From the NCBI GenBank assembly GCA_964550895.1, contig CAZKAP010000003.1, positions 49,082 to 113,081 on the forward strand: 64,000 nt of DNA. Direction: 5' to 3'. The translations under genes were made by a program, and so were the position numbers. The notes under the pieces are model-generated. The model ran no database searches and was not told where the DNA came from. It saw nothing but the letters and a program-made list of their open reading frames with translations. The DNA is from an uncultured Flavobacteriaceae bacterium. GTDB taxonomy: Bacteria > Bacteroidota > Bacteroidia > Flavobacteriales > Flavobacteriaceae. Below are positions 36,783 through 47,449 of the stretch, piece after piece (position 1 is the stretch's first letter; the number at the start of each line of letters is the position of its first letter).

Positions 36783-37364
36783 TTACAGATTTTTAAGCGC
36801 GAATTTAATCATATCCTCCACATCCAAATCCGCGTTGGATTCCAGGGATTGATTGATAACGTGTTCGGTTTGTTTTCTCGAGTATCCGAGAACTTCTAAA
36901 GCAGATAACGCTTCTTCCTTTCGGGTATTGCTTCCCGTATTTGAAAGTTGTTCACCGATGGAGACCCGTCTGGCCTTGTCTTTCAGGTCCAGGATCACAC
37001 GCTGGGCAGTCTTTGCCCCTATGCCCTTGACGGCCTGGATTTTCCGGACATCCTCTTTGAGTATGGCCTGATGGAGCTGATCGGGTGGAAGTGAGGAGAG
37101 CACGGTTCTCGCCGTTTGGGTGCCTATGCCCGAAACTCCGATCAGCAAACGGAACATCTCCCGTTCTTCAAGTTCCGCGAATCCGTAAAGGCTATGGCTG
37201 TCCTCCTTGATGTGCAGGTGAGTAAACACGCGCACCCTGCCCGAATCGGGAAGCAAGGAATACGAATGCAGTGAAATGTGAATCAGGTATCCAATTCCCT
37301 GACAATCCAGGATGAGTTCCGTGGGTGTCTTCTCCTCGATCTCTCCTTCGACAAAGGTTATCAT
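36783..37364 (-). CDS. ruvA: Holliday junction branch migration protein RuvA
   Basis: 193 aa. MITFVEGEIEEKTP... start and HhH motifs (GVSGIGTQTA, KGIGAKTAQR). Confidence 0.95.
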   Translation of the reverse strand: MITFVEGEIEEKTPTELILDCQGIGYLIHISLHSYSLLPDSGRVRVFTHLHIKEDSHSLYGFAELEEREMFRLLIGVSGIGTQTARTVLSSLPPDQLHQAILKEDVRKIQAVKGIGAKTAQRVILDLKDKARRVSIGEQLSNTGSNTRKEEALSALEVLGYSRKQTEHVINQSLESNADLDVEDMIKFALKNL

Positions 37365-37404
37365 CAGCTATATCATTAGGTTGTAGCGCGATTCGCTTTT
37401 GGTC

Positions 37405-39684
37405 TCAGGCATTCATGCCGTCGTCCCTGCCCTGGGCATCCACTACGGCAACGGCCGTCATATTGACAATCTCCTGCACGCTGGCTCCCAGTTGCAGGAT
37501 GTGGACAGGCCTTTGCAGTCCCATCATAACCGGTCCGACCGATTCCGCATGGAGTCCCTTTAGCATTTTATAGGTTATGTTGGCCGATTCGAGATTGGGA
37601 AAGATGAGTACATTCACCTTCTTGCCTGCGATCCTCGAGAAAGGGAAGTTGCGTATCCCCAGTTCCTGATCGAGAGCGAAGTCGGTTTGTATCTCCCCAT
37701 CCACTGCCAGGTCCGGATGCTCCCGATGAAGCAACTTAACCGCCTCACGAACCTTTTCCGCCCTGGGATGGGATGAGGATCCGTAGTTGGCATAGGAAAG
37801 GAAGGCCACCACGGGCGGATAACCGAAGTGGCGGGCAACCCGGGAAGCCATCAAGCCGATTTCGGCCAGTTCCTCGGCCGAAGGATCGATATTGATGCTG
37901 GTATCGGCCAGGAACAGGGGGCCGAAGTCTGTCAGAAGTATATTGAGGGTCGCTGCTTTGCGCACCCCCTGGGCTCGCCCGACGACCTTGAATACAGGGC
38001 GCAGTACCATGGGAAATGCCCGGGAATAGCCTGAAATCATAGCATCTGCGTCGCCTTCGACGACCATCTGAGATCCGAAGAAATTGCGCCGCTTCATATT
38101 GGCCCCCGCACTGTATTCGGTCTCTCCGCTACGTTGCCGGTTCTTCCAGTAGTTCGTACTGTAGCGCTCGCGCCTTTCCCTGGACTCTTCCGATTGAGGG
38201 TTAAGTATGGGTATATCCCCGTGGAAGTCGAGCTCCTGCATGTGCGCGCGTATGCGATCCTCATTGCCCAGGAGTATCGGTCGGGCAATGCCTTCCTCGT
38301 ACACGATCTGAGCCGCCTTAACCACATCGAGCAGATCGGCCTCGGTGAATACCACCCTCTTGGGGTCCAGTCGTGCCTGGTCGTGCAGGCTGCGAATGAA
38401 TTTATTGTCCTTACCCGAACGCCGGAGCAATGCCTCCTCGTACGCATCCCAGTCCTGTATAGAGTGCCGGGCCACCCCGCTCTCTATGGCCGCCCGGGCC
38501 ACTGCGGGGGGGATTCTGTAAATAAGCCTGGGATCAAAGGGCTTGGGAATGATGTACTCCCTTCCAAAAGTCAGGCGGGTATGCGCGTAGGCCACATTGA
38601 CCTGTTCGGGTACCGGTTCCTTAGCGAGCTCCGCCAGGGCGCGTACCGCAGCCATCTTCATCTCCTCGTTAATTTTAGAAGCACGCACATCCAGTGCTCC
38701 TCGGAAGATGAAGGGGAAACCCAGCACATTGTTGACCTGATTTGGATGATCGGACCGGCCGGTAGCCATGATGATGTCTTTGCGGGTTTCGCAGGCCAGC
38801 TCATAGGAAATCTCGGGATCGGGGTTGGCCATGGCGAATACGATGGGGTTTTCCGCCATCGAATCCAGCATTTCAGGGGTGACGATATCGGCGATCGACA
38901 GGCCGATGAACACGTCGGCCTCCTTCATGGCATCTCGCAGGGTCTGCAGATCCCGGTCCGTAGCGAATTCCCGCTTCTGCCCGCTCAGTCCCTCACGATC
39001 ACTGCGGATGACTCCTTTGCTGTCCAGCATAACGATGTGCTCTGGGCGGGCCCCGAAGGCCTTGTACATACGGGAACAGGATATGGCCGCTGCTCCCGCG
39101 CCGCTTACGACGATCCGGACCTCTTCAATCTTCTTTTCGGCCAACTCCAAAGCATTCAAAAGGGCGGCGGCCGAGATAATGGCCGTACCGTGCTGATCGT
39201 CGTGCATCACGGGGATGTCCAACTCCTCCTTAAGCCTCTGTTCAATGGCAAAGGCCTCAGGCGCCTTAATGTCCTCGAGGTTGATCCCGCCAAAGGTCGG
39301 AGCAATTGTGCGCACCGTTTCCACGAATCGATCGACATCCTCGGTATCCAGTTCGATATCAATACCGTCGATATCTGCAAATATTTTAAACAGCAGGCAT
39401 TTCCCCTCCATTACGGGCTTGGAGGCCGCAGGTCCAATATTGCCCAGGCCCAGTACGGCCGTTCCGTTCGTAATAACGGCAACCGTGTTCCCCTTGATGG
39501 TATAATCATAGGCCTTTTCCGGATCCTTCTCGATTTCCAGACAGGGCTCGGCCACACCGGGAGAATATGCCAGGGCGAGGTCTCTCTGCGAGGCATAGGG
39601 CTTGGTGGGAACAATTTTAATCTTTCCGGGCTGAGGCTGGGAATGGTAAGCGAGTGCCTCTTTCTTCAGCTTGCCTTTACTCAT
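37405..39684 (-). CDS. maeB: NADP-dependent malic enzyme (malic enzyme + PTA-like domain)
   Basis: 759 aa. [12 protein letters not shown] and [12 protein letters not shown] motifs, followed by a phosphotransacetylase-like C-terminal half. Confidence 0.95.
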   Translation of the reverse strand: MSKGKLKKEALAYHSQPQPGKIKIVPTKPYASQRDLALAYSPGVAEPCLEIEKDPEKAYDYTIKGNTVAVITNGTAVLGLGNIGPAASKPVMEGKCLLFKIFADIDGIDIELDTEDVDRFVETVRTIAPTFGGINLEDIKAPEAFAIEQRLKEELDIPVMHDDQHGTAIISAAALLNALELAEKKIEEVRIVVSGAGAAAISCSRMYKAFGARPEHIVMLDSKGVIRSDREGLSGQKREFATDRDLQTLRDAMKEADVFIGLSIADIVTPEMLDSMAENPIVFAMANPDPEISYELACETRKDIIMATGRSDHPNQVNNVLGFPFIFRGALDVRASKINEEMKMAAVRALAELAKEPVPEQVNVAYAHTRLTFGREYIIPKPFDPRLIYRIPPAVARAAIESGVARHSIQDWDAYEEALLRRSGKDNKFIRSLHDQARLDPKRVVFTEADLLDVVKAAQIVYEEGIARPILLGNEDRIRAHMQELDFHGDIPILNPQSEESRERRERYSTNYWKNRQRSGETEYSAGANMKRRNFFGSQMVVEGDADAMISGYSRAFPMVLRPVFKVVGRAQGVRKAATLNILLTDFGPLFLADTSINIDPSAEELAEIGLMASRVARHFGYPPVVAFLSYANYGSSSHPRAEKVREAVKLLHREHPDLAVDGEIQTDFALDQELGIRNFPFSRIAGKKVNVLIFPNLESANITYKMLKGLHAESVGPVMMGLQRPVHILQLGASVQEIVNMTAVAVVDAQGRDDGMNA

Positions 39685-39769
39685 TTAGGAAGTAATTACC
39701 CTGTAAATGTATAAGTAATCCCCCATACCTGACTTGCTTTTATGGGAAATAACCCAACCTGCACATCCA

Positions 39770-41491
39770 CTACCAGAAGTAGATCACGATTATAGCCGTC
39801 ATGGTCAGGAGAATCATCGCCAGGTTGCGGTAGTTCTGATACCACGGGAGGGGTTTGAGCTCCTCGGTTTCCTGCCGGAATATCTCCATACGGTAGGTAT
39901 AGTGCTTCACTTTTTCGCTGTCGGGCTTGCCCGTGGCCAGGCTGACCAGGACGTGCACAAAAACACTAATGGCGAAAAGCACATTGGCCTTGGCCAGGAA
40001 GTGCAGATCATTGAGTTCAGGATACCAGCCATTGACCTGCGATAGAATCATGAATAGCGCGAAGAGTCCTCCGGTGATCAGGCTCACGAAGGCCCCATGG
40101 GCATTGGCCCTTTTCCAGAAAAGTCCCAGGATAAAGGCCGATACCACCGGCGGACTGGTAAAGGCGATGACCAGCTGCAGATACACCCACAGGGAACTGC
40201 TGACCTTCTCGATAAAAGGCACCCAGGCAGAGGCGAGTACCACCAGTATTAAGGTCGCAATCTGCCCCACCCGCACGAGTTGTTTGCTGCTGAGTCTGGG
40301 GTTGATCTGGCGCACGAAATCCATAGTGATCAGGGTTGAGGCCGAATTGAATGTGGCCGATACCGACGACATCATGGCCGCCAGCAGGCCGGCGACGACC
40401 AGCCCGAGTATACCCGTGGGCAGGAGCTGAAATAGCAATACGGGGTAGGTGAGATTGGTACAGTCCGATAGGTTTTCGCACACCCCTTCCCCGGAGGGAA
40501 GCGGATAGTTCAGCTCGGATATGTCCAGATTGTTGAAAAGAAGCAGGGCCAGAACTCCGGGAACCACCATGATAAAGATAACAGGAAGCTTAAGCAGACC
40601 AGCAAAGAGCGCGCCCCAGCGACCGTGATTCAGATCCTTGGCGCCCAACACCCGCTGCACCATAAACTGATTGTTGGCCCAGAAATAAAAACCCAGAAGG
40701 GCCACACCCGATATCAGGCCCCACCAGGGCATAAACTCGTCATTGCCCGGTCGCACCAGGCTGAATACCTCATCGGCGTTGGAAGGCATGTAGAAGCCCT
40801 TCTCCGCCCGTTCCCCGAAATCCACCTGCCCGGCTGCCAGTCGCTCGTCCAGCATGGACATCATTCCGTTCCATCCGACACCGAGCTCGCTGAAGGCGAA
40901 GTAGGTGAGCAGACAGGAACCAATAATCAGGAGGATGGCCTGTATGACCTCGGTCTGTATCACCGAGTTCAACCCCCCCGGTATGGTATAGGCAGCCGCT
41001 GCTACGGCCAGAATGATGATGATTACCGGAGTTGAAATCTCCGGGAATAATAATTTGAGTACGATACTGCCCACGTAGAGTCCGGCTGCCGTATCCACCA
41101 GGACATTACCGACGATGGTGATGAGCGAGAAGTAATAACGCGAACGGGAATCGTATCGTTTTTCCAGGAATTCCGGCATGGTATACACCCCCGACTTCAG
41201 ATAGAAGGGCAGGAAAAAAATGGCGAAGAAAATCAGGATCACCACGGCATACCACTCGTAATTGTACACGTTTACATTGGTCTGAAACCCATCGGATGCC
41301 AGGCCCACCAGGGTGGAGCTGGAGATGTTGGCCGAAAACAGCGCGATCCCCACTATGGGCCAGGTCATGGTCCTTCCGCCCAGGAAATAGTCTTCTGAAC
41401 TGCTGCGTTTCGATTTGGAAATCCCGTATATGACGATTCCTATCAGGTATACAACGATCACTACCAGATCAAGAGCGGAGAGGGTATTCAT
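39770..41491 (-). CDS. sodium:solute symporter family transporter
   Basis: 573 aa multi-TM protein with an SSF-like N-terminus (DYFLGGRTMTWPIVGIALFSANISS). Confidence 0.9.
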   Translation of the reverse strand: MNTLSALDLVVIVVYLIGIVIYGISKSKRSSSEDYFLGGRTMTWPIVGIALFSANISSSTLVGLASDGFQTNVNVYNYEWYAVVILIFFAIFFLPFYLKSGVYTMPEFLEKRYDSRSRYYFSLITIVGNVLVDTAAGLYVGSIVLKLLFPEISTPVIIIILAVAAAAYTIPGGLNSVIQTEVIQAILLIIGSCLLTYFAFSELGVGWNGMMSMLDERLAAGQVDFGERAEKGFYMPSNADEVFSLVRPGNDEFMPWWGLISGVALLGFYFWANNQFMVQRVLGAKDLNHGRWGALFAGLLKLPVIFIMVVPGVLALLLFNNLDISELNYPLPSGEGVCENLSDCTNLTYPVLLFQLLPTGILGLVVAGLLAAMMSSVSATFNSASTLITMDFVRQINPRLSSKQLVRVGQIATLILVVLASAWVPFIEKVSSSLWVYLQLVIAFTSPPVVSAFILGLFWKRANAHGAFVSLITGGLFALFMILSQVNGWYPELNDLHFLAKANVLFAISVFVHVLVSLATGKPDSEKVKHYTYRMEIFRQETEELKPLPWYQNYRNLAMILLTMTAIIVIYFW

Positions 41492-41591
41492 AGAAGTGCA
41501 GCGTTTATCCGTTACGGTTCATTCAACGATACGTCGGAAGAAAAGTTAAATATTGAATGTTTTGAGCCGTAAGATAGGATTTTCGCGGAAA

Positions 41592-42518
41592 TTAAGACTT
41601 CTTTAGGAATTCGAGGTTCCGCATAAGCCCGGTGTATTTCGTCCGCTTAACGGCCGATTTACTGAAAATCTCCCCAAATACGTCCTCGGTGAGCTCCTCC
41701 CACTCGCCCCGGCTATATCCCAGTATTTCCTCGCGCGGCCTGAAGGCCGGCTCGGCCGTTGGCGTACTGAAGCGATTCCAGGGGCAGACGTCCTGGCAGA
41801 TGTCACAACCGAACATCCAGTCCTCGAAAGTACCTGCGAAGGCGGACGGGATCTCCTCCCTCAGCTCTATGGTAAAATAGGATATGCACCGGGAGGCATC
41901 CACCGTGTACGGGAGGGGTATGGCATCCGTAGGACAGGCATCTATGCAGGCCGTACAACTTCCGCAGTGATCCGTAACCGGTCCGTCTTCGGGCAGTTCA
42001 AGATCGGATATCAACTCGGCCAGAAAGTAGAAGGACCCTTCCGATTTGGTGAGCAGGTTACTGTGCTTGCCGATCCACCCCAGCCCGGAGCGCGCGGCCC
42101 AGGCCTTCTCCAGTATAGGTGCCGAATCGACGAATACGCGACCATTCACCTCCCCGATCTCATCACGAATAAAGGCCAGCAATTCCTTGAGCTTTCGCCT
42201 CAACACATAGTGGTAATCCTCTCCGTAGGCGTATTTGGAGATCCGGGGAGCATCCGGGCGCTGCTCCCGCTCCGGATAGTAGTTGAAAAGCAGGGAGACG
42301 ACGGTCCGGGCGCCGGGCACTAACTTCCGGGGATCCAGCCTCTTGTCAAAGTGGTTCTCCATATACCCCATGGAACCGTGGAAACCCTGCCTGAGCCAAT
42401 GTTCCAGCCGGGGTGCCTCTTCGTCGAGGAATTCGGCCCGGGATACACCCATGGAAAGGAAACCCAGACGGCGGACTTCCAGGCTGATGAGTTGCTTATG
42501 ACGATCCGGGATACCCAT
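41592..42518 (-). CDS. queG: epoxyqueuosine reductase QueG
   Basis: Start moved to ATG 42518 (MGIPDRHKQ...) so that it does not overlap ruvB. Ferredoxin-type motifs [12 protein letters not shown] and CDICQDVCP. Confidence 0.9.
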   Translation of the reverse strand: MGIPDRHKQLISLEVRRLGFLSMGVSRAEFLDEEAPRLEHWLRQGFHGSMGYMENHFDKRLDPRKLVPGARTVVSLLFNYYPEREQRPDAPRISKYAYGEDYHYVLRRKLKELLAFIRDEIGEVNGRVFVDSAPILEKAWAARSGLGWIGKHSNLLTKSEGSFYFLAELISDLELPEDGPVTDHCGSCTACIDACPTDAIPLPYTVDASRCISYFTIELREEIPSAFAGTFEDWMFGCDICQDVCPWNRFSTPTAEPAFRPREEILGYSRGEWEELTEDVFGEIFSKSAVKRTKYTGLMRNLEFLKKS

Positions 42519-42522
42519 CTCG

Positions 42523-43557
42523 TCAGGAGGTAAAGAGGTCAGGTCCGCCGGCACCCTGACCGGGTACCCGGCCCAGATGCTTATAGGCCCGTTCCGTGGC
42601 TTCCCTACCCCTGGGGGTACGCATAATAAAACCCTGCTGAATGAGGAAAGGTTCGTATACCTCTTCGATGGTATCGGCATTTTCGGATACGGCCGTCGCC
42701 AAAGTGGTTATGCCCACCGGGCCTCCCTTAAATTTGTCTATGAGTGTGGTCAGTATCTTGTTGTCCATCTCATCCAGGCCATGGGCATCCACATTCAGTG
42801 CCTTAAGCCCGTACTGGGCAATGGCCAGGTCGATATTACCGTCGCCCTTAATCTGAGCGAAATCACGTACCCTTCGAAGGAGTGCATTGCAAATCCGCGG
42901 GGTCCCGCGACTCCTTCCGGCAATTTCCCGGGCGGCATCGGCCCAAATACCGACCTGCAGTATATCGGCACTGCGGGATACGATGTCGGCGAGCAGGTCG
43001 TCGTCGTAGTACTCCAGGCGACTCTGTATACCGAAGCGGGCCCGCATTGGCGCCGTCAGCAGCCCCGACCGTGTAGTCGCCCCGACCAGGGTAAAGGGGT
43101 TCAGGTTGATCTGAACCGATCTCGCGTTGGGGCCGGTTTCGATCATAATGTCGATTCGGTAGTCCTCCATGGCCGAATACAGATATTCCTCCACTACGGG
43201 GCTCAGGCGGTGTATCTCGTCGATAAAGAGTACGTCCCTTTCCGAAAGGTTCGTTAGCAGGCCCGCCAGGTCGCCGGGTTTGTCCAGCACCGGACCGGAG
43301 GTGATCTTGATTCCCACCCCCAGCTCGTTGGCCAGTATATGGGCCAGGGTAGTCTTACCGAGACCGGGAGGACCGTGCAATAGGGTGTGGTCCAGGGCCT
43401 CGCCCCGCATATTGGCCGCCTCTACGAAAATCTTCAGGTTTTCAAGCACCTTCTGCTGGCCGGTGAAATCGTCGAAACGCTCGGGTCGCAGTGCCTTTTC
43501 TATCGCCAGTTCCTCGTTGGAATAGCGCTCGGGAGATGGGTCCAGATTTTCGTTCAT
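42523..43557 (-). CDS. ruvB: Holliday junction DNA helicase RuvB
   Basis: 344 aa. Walker [10 protein letters not shown], Walker [10 protein letters not shown], and a RuvB C-terminal winged helix. Confidence 0.95.
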   Translation of the reverse strand: MNENLDPSPERYSNEELAIEKALRPERFDDFTGQQKVLENLKIFVEAANMRGEALDHTLLHGPPGLGKTTLAHILANELGVGIKITSGPVLDKPGDLAGLLTNLSERDVLFIDEIHRLSPVVEEYLYSAMEDYRIDIMIETGPNARSVQINLNPFTLVGATTRSGLLTAPMRARFGIQSRLEYYDDDLLADIVSRSADILQVGIWADAAREIAGRSRGTPRICNALLRRVRDFAQIKGDGNIDLAIAQYGLKALNVDAHGLDEMDNKILTTLIDKFKGGPVGITTLATAVSENADTIEEVYEPFLIQQGFIMRTPRGREATERAYKHLGRVPGQGAGGPDLFTS

Positions 43558-44390
43558 TCGGTGTCTTTCAATTCCCTCTTGATGAGCTGACTCTGATTCA
43601 GGAAACGATTTATGGTTATGGCGGGTTCCCCGTAAAACTCGGTCCGCGACCTGCCCTGTGAATTCAGGGTGAGTCTGTCGGTGATAAACAGGTTGGCATC
43701 CGGATTCTGATCGAGCTCCACCTCGGCTACTTTGGTCTGAAATCCGAAGCCTCTGAATCGGGAATTGCCCAGCTGCTTCAACTCCAGTCGATCCCCGGTT
43801 CCCTCCAATTCAAAACTGGCATATTCGTCCAGGCTGATCCGATTCTCCTCCGCAGTGGCGTAGATTCGCGCCGTGGAATTTCCCCTGGCCTCGACCAGCA
43901 GGGCATCTGCATCCACATTGAATTTCAGCCGTGCCGACCCCTCCAGTCGCACCTCAGCCCGGCGTACGTTAGCCTGGGCCTCCAGTGAACAGCGATCTGC
44001 AACCTCCAGGGTGAGGGTCTCGGGGGTGAGGACCTCAGGAACCACCACCTCGCCCACCTTGACCCGAATATGGTCGAGCTCAGTGTAAAATACCTTCATG
44101 GTCAAGGACTTTGCACGAGTAATGCGGTAATAAAGGTCGATATAAAGGACCTCGTCCCGCACCTCAATGGACATCACATCCTTGATGTTATCGTCAGCAA
44201 CCAGCTCGAAGCGGGGGGTGATCCCGGGGAGCAGTTCGATCTCGATATCCCCCTCCAGGACGACTTCGCGAAAAAAGTCCAGCCGTTCCGCGTAGCGCTC
44301 TACCTGCCGACTCCCCTTAAGCGTCGGTAGTTTCTGTGCCAGAGAAGGTATGGTAACCAACAATACAATGGTGATCAGGATTCGTTTCAT
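43554..44390 (-). CDS. DUF2807 / head GIN domain-containing lipoprotein-like protein
   Basis: 278 aa. Signal peptide and repetitive beta-helix-like segments. Overlaps the ruvB start by 4 nt. Confidence 0.65.
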   Translation of the reverse strand: MKRILITIVLLVTIPSLAQKLPTLKGSRQVERYAERLDFFREVVLEGDIEIELLPGITPRFELVADDNIKDVMSIEVRDEVLYIDLYYRITRAKSLTMKVFYTELDHIRVKVGEVVVPEVLTPETLTLEVADRCSLEAQANVRRAEVRLEGSARLKFNVDADALLVEARGNSTARIYATAEENRISLDEYASFELEGTGDRLELKQLGNSRFRGFGFQTKVAEVELDQNPDANLFITDRLTLNSQGRSRTEFYGEPAITINRFLNQSQLIKRELKDTE

Positions 44391-44437
44391 ATCCTAAAGT
44401 TACAGGTAAATCTCTTTCGGTCTGTTCGGACTTCGGC

Positions 44438-44466
44438 AAACAAAAAAACCCGGCCGAGGCCGGGTT
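44438..44466 (-). terminator. rho-independent terminator after ctaD
   Basis: Minus-strand RNA AACCCGG-CCUCGG-CCGGGUU is followed by UUUUUGUUUG. Confidence 0.7.
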
Positions 44467-44482
44467 ATTGAGAGGCATTCCC

Positions 44483-46321
44483 TCAGTGTGTAAGCTCTTC
44501 CTCGTTCTCCTTGATGGGCACGGTCTGCGGCACGAAATCCTGTCCGGGAATGATGTACTCTCCCTTCTCGTCTACTTTACTGTAGTCGTAGGCCCAACGA
44601 TGAACATGAGGTATGGCGCCCGGCCAGTTACCATGTATGTGCTTCTGAGAAGCCGTCCACTCCAGCGTATTGGAACCCCAGGGATTCTTCGAGGCCCGTT
44701 TTCCGTAGAAAATGCTGCTGATGAAGTTGTATACGAAAACCAACTGCGCTAAACCGGCTATCAGGGCAAAAACCGTCATGAGAACCTGCACATCGGTAAG
44801 CTCATCGAACATGGGGAAGGCCGTATTCTGATAATACCTACGAGGTACTCCGGCCATACCGACGAAGTGCATGGGGAAAAATATTCCATAGGCACACACG
44901 GCGGTGACCCAGAAATGGATATACCCCAGGTTCTTATTCATCATCCGTCCCTGGAACATAATGGGGAACCAGTGGTAGATGCCCGCGAACAGACCGTATA
45001 AGGCGGATATACCCATAACCAGGTGGAAGTGAGCCACCACGAAATAGGTGTCGTGTACATTAATATCCAGAAAACTGTTCCCCAGGATTATCCCGGTAAG
45101 GCCACCGGTTATAAACGTGGATACCAGCCCTATCGAGAACAGCATGGCCGGATTCAGTTGCAGATTACCCTTCCAGAGTGTGGTAATATAATTGAAAGCT
45201 TTAACCGCAGATGGAATAGCGATCAAAAGGGTTGTAAAGGTAAATACTGCCCCCAGGAACGGGTTCATCCCGGAGATGAACATGTGGTGGCCCCATACCA
45301 CCGTGGACAGAAATGCGATGGCCAGTATGGATGCAACCATGGCGCGATAACCGAAGATGGGTTTCCGCGCATTGGTGGCCATAACCTCAGAGGTAATGCC
45401 CAACGCAGGCAAAAGCACTATATACACCTCAGGGTGCCCCAGGAACCAGAAGAGGTGTTCGTACAGTACCGGAGATCCTCCCTGGTAGTGCAGTACCTCG
45501 CCCTGTATGAAGATATCTGAAAGGAAGAACGAAGTGCCGAAGCTTCGGTCCATCACCATCATCAATGCTGCGGATAGGAGAACCGGGAAGGATACCACAC
45601 CGATAATGGCCGTCACGAAAAACGCCCATACAGTCAACGGCAGTCGCGTCATCGTCATACCCTTGGTCCTGAGATTAAGAACGGTTACGATGTAGTTCAG
45701 TGACCCCATCAGTGACGAAGCAATAAAGATAGCCATTGAGACCAGCCATAGGGTCATCCCCAGACCGGAACCGGGCTGGGCCATGGGTAGTGCACTCAGG
45801 GGAGGATAAATCGTCCAACCGGCAGCAGCGGGCCCAGCCTCGGCGAAAAGTGAAACTACCATGATCACGCTGGACACAAAGAACAGCCAGTACGAGATCA
45901 TATTCAGAAACGGAGATGCCATGTCCCGTGCTCCGACCTGCAACGGAATGAGCAGGTTACTGAATGTCCCGGACAATCCTGCCGTGAGCACGAAGAACAC
46001 CATCAGCGTCCCGTGTATGGTTACCAGGGCGAGATAGATGTCCGCATCCATGACGCCATCGGGTGCCCATTTGCCCAACAGGGCTTCAAATACCGGGAAA
46101 GACTCCCCGGGCCATGCGAGCTGCATACGGAAAAGCAGCGACATCGCAATACCAATAAAGCCCATAATCAGGCCCGTAATCAGGTATTGCTTGGCGATCA
46201 TCTTGTGATCCTGGCTAAAAATGTATTTCGTGATAAATGTATCCTTGTGATGGTGCCCGTGGTCCTCATCGTGCGGATGACCCTGGGACTCTACCTGAGG
46301 ATCCTGTACCTCTACAGCCAT
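44483..46321 (-). CDS. ctaD: cytochrome c oxidase subunit I
   Basis: 612 aa with heme-copper oxidase subunit I signatures (WFLGHPEVYIVLLPALG, HHMF, FHLVMG). The N-terminus is His-rich. Confidence 0.95.
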   Translation of the reverse strand: MAVEVQDPQVESQGHPHDEDHGHHHKDTFITKYIFSQDHKMIAKQYLITGLIMGFIGIAMSLLFRMQLAWPGESFPVFEALLGKWAPDGVMDADIYLALVTIHGTLMVFFVLTAGLSGTFSNLLIPLQVGARDMASPFLNMISYWLFFVSSVIMVVSLFAEAGPAAAGWTIYPPLSALPMAQPGSGLGMTLWLVSMAIFIASSLMGSLNYIVTVLNLRTKGMTMTRLPLTVWAFFVTAIIGVVSFPVLLSAALMMVMDRSFGTSFFLSDIFIQGEVLHYQGGSPVLYEHLFWFLGHPEVYIVLLPALGITSEVMATNARKPIFGYRAMVASILAIAFLSTVVWGHHMFISGMNPFLGAVFTFTTLLIAIPSAVKAFNYITTLWKGNLQLNPAMLFSIGLVSTFITGGLTGIILGNSFLDINVHDTYFVVAHFHLVMGISALYGLFAGIYHWFPIMFQGRMMNKNLGYIHFWVTAVCAYGIFFPMHFVGMAGVPRRYYQNTAFPMFDELTDVQVLMTVFALIAGLAQLVFVYNFISSIFYGKRASKNPWGSNTLEWTASQKHIHGNWPGAIPHVHRWAYDYSKVDEKGEYIIPGQDFVPQTVPIKENEEELTH

Positions 46322-46360
46322 AGCAATCGTATTTTATTCGTTTTCTTTTTCCAGCAATTA

Positions 46361-47434
46361 TTATTCCGCGGCGGGGAGCAGCATCTCGTCGAACGTCTTC
46401 TGCTCCGCCAGCCAGGCGTTGTATTCTTCCTCGGTCTCCACTATAATCTTTAACTGCATGTTATAGTGCGACTTACCGCATATTTTGTTGCACAAAAGTA
46501 CATAATCAAATTCCCAGGGATCGGAATTATCTCTTCCCTCGGCAGCCCATTCGGCCCGTATGGCATTCGTCCGTTTGACTTTGTCCACTACATCCGGATT
46601 CAGGCGCATCTCTTCGGTAGTCACCGTAGGCGTAAACGAGAACTGGGTAACCATACCCGGAACGCAGTTCATCTGCGCACGGAAGTGCGGCATATAGGCC
46701 GAGTGCAGCACATCCTGAGAACGCATCTTGAAATTTACCTTACGCCCCACGGGCAGGTGCAGCTCTTTGACTATGATATCATCGCTCGAATACGGATCGG
46801 ATTCATCCAGCCCGAGCACGTTGGCGCGATCAATATCGATCAATCGAACACTCGCCGAGCCCAGTACATTGTCCTGACCACCGTAGCGGGCGGTCCAGTT
46901 AAACTGCTGGGCGTATAGCTCAACCTCCAGAGGGTCGCCTTCGTCATTGATATCCGTAATGTCGATCCAGGCTCCCAGTCCGTAGATGATCAATCCGGCC
47001 AGTACCACTACCGGAATCAGTGTCCAGATGGCTTCCAGACGATCGTTATCCGCATAGAAGAGCGCTTTTTTCCCTTTCTCCCCTCGATACCGGTAACCGA
47101 AGTAGTGCAGCAGTGCCTGTGTAACCACCTGTACGAAGAAGATGATCGCCAGGGTAATGCCCATCATCCGATCGTAGTTGGGCCCGAAATCGGAGGCCGC
47201 TTCAGGCAAAAGGAACTTACCGTAGCGCACCAGGCTGAAGATGGTAATTCCGTAAATAAAAATCAGGAACGCGAAAAGGAGGTAGCCATTGTTCTTGTTA
47301 TCGGTGTCATTGGCCACCTCGGGATGCCCATCCTGTTTGGTACTCAACTGGGAGAACTCAAAGATTTTTCCCATTTGCCATATGGCTATGGCAACCAGGA
47401 CCAATACACTAAGTATCAATATCGTCGATGTCAT
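46361..47434 (-). CDS. ctaC: cytochrome c oxidase subunit II
   Basis: 357 aa. Two TM helices and a cupredoxin domain with CuA ligands (HSAYMPHF...CNKICGKSHYNM). Confidence 0.9.
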   Translation of the reverse strand: MTSTILILSVLVLVAIAIWQMGKIFEFSQLSTKQDGHPEVANDTDNKNNGYLLFAFLIFIYGITIFSLVRYGKFLLPEAASDFGPNYDRMMGITLAIIFFVQVVTQALLHYFGYRYRGEKGKKALFYADNDRLEAIWTLIPVVVLAGLIIYGLGAWIDITDINDEGDPLEVELYAQQFNWTARYGGQDNVLGSASVRLIDIDRANVLGLDESDPYSSDDIIVKELHLPVGRKVNFKMRSQDVLHSAYMPHFRAQMNCVPGMVTQFSFTPTVTTEEMRLNPDVVDKVKRTNAIRAEWAAEGRDNSDPWEFDYVLLCNKICGKSHYNMQLKIIVETEEEYNAWLAEQKTFDEMLLPAAE

Positions 47435-47449
47435 TCTGAGTGTGTACTT

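Noticed and set aside
38134-39714. 526-aa plus-strand ORF.
   Set aside because: It is antisense to maeB, which has strong malic-enzyme motifs. It is a shadow ORF.
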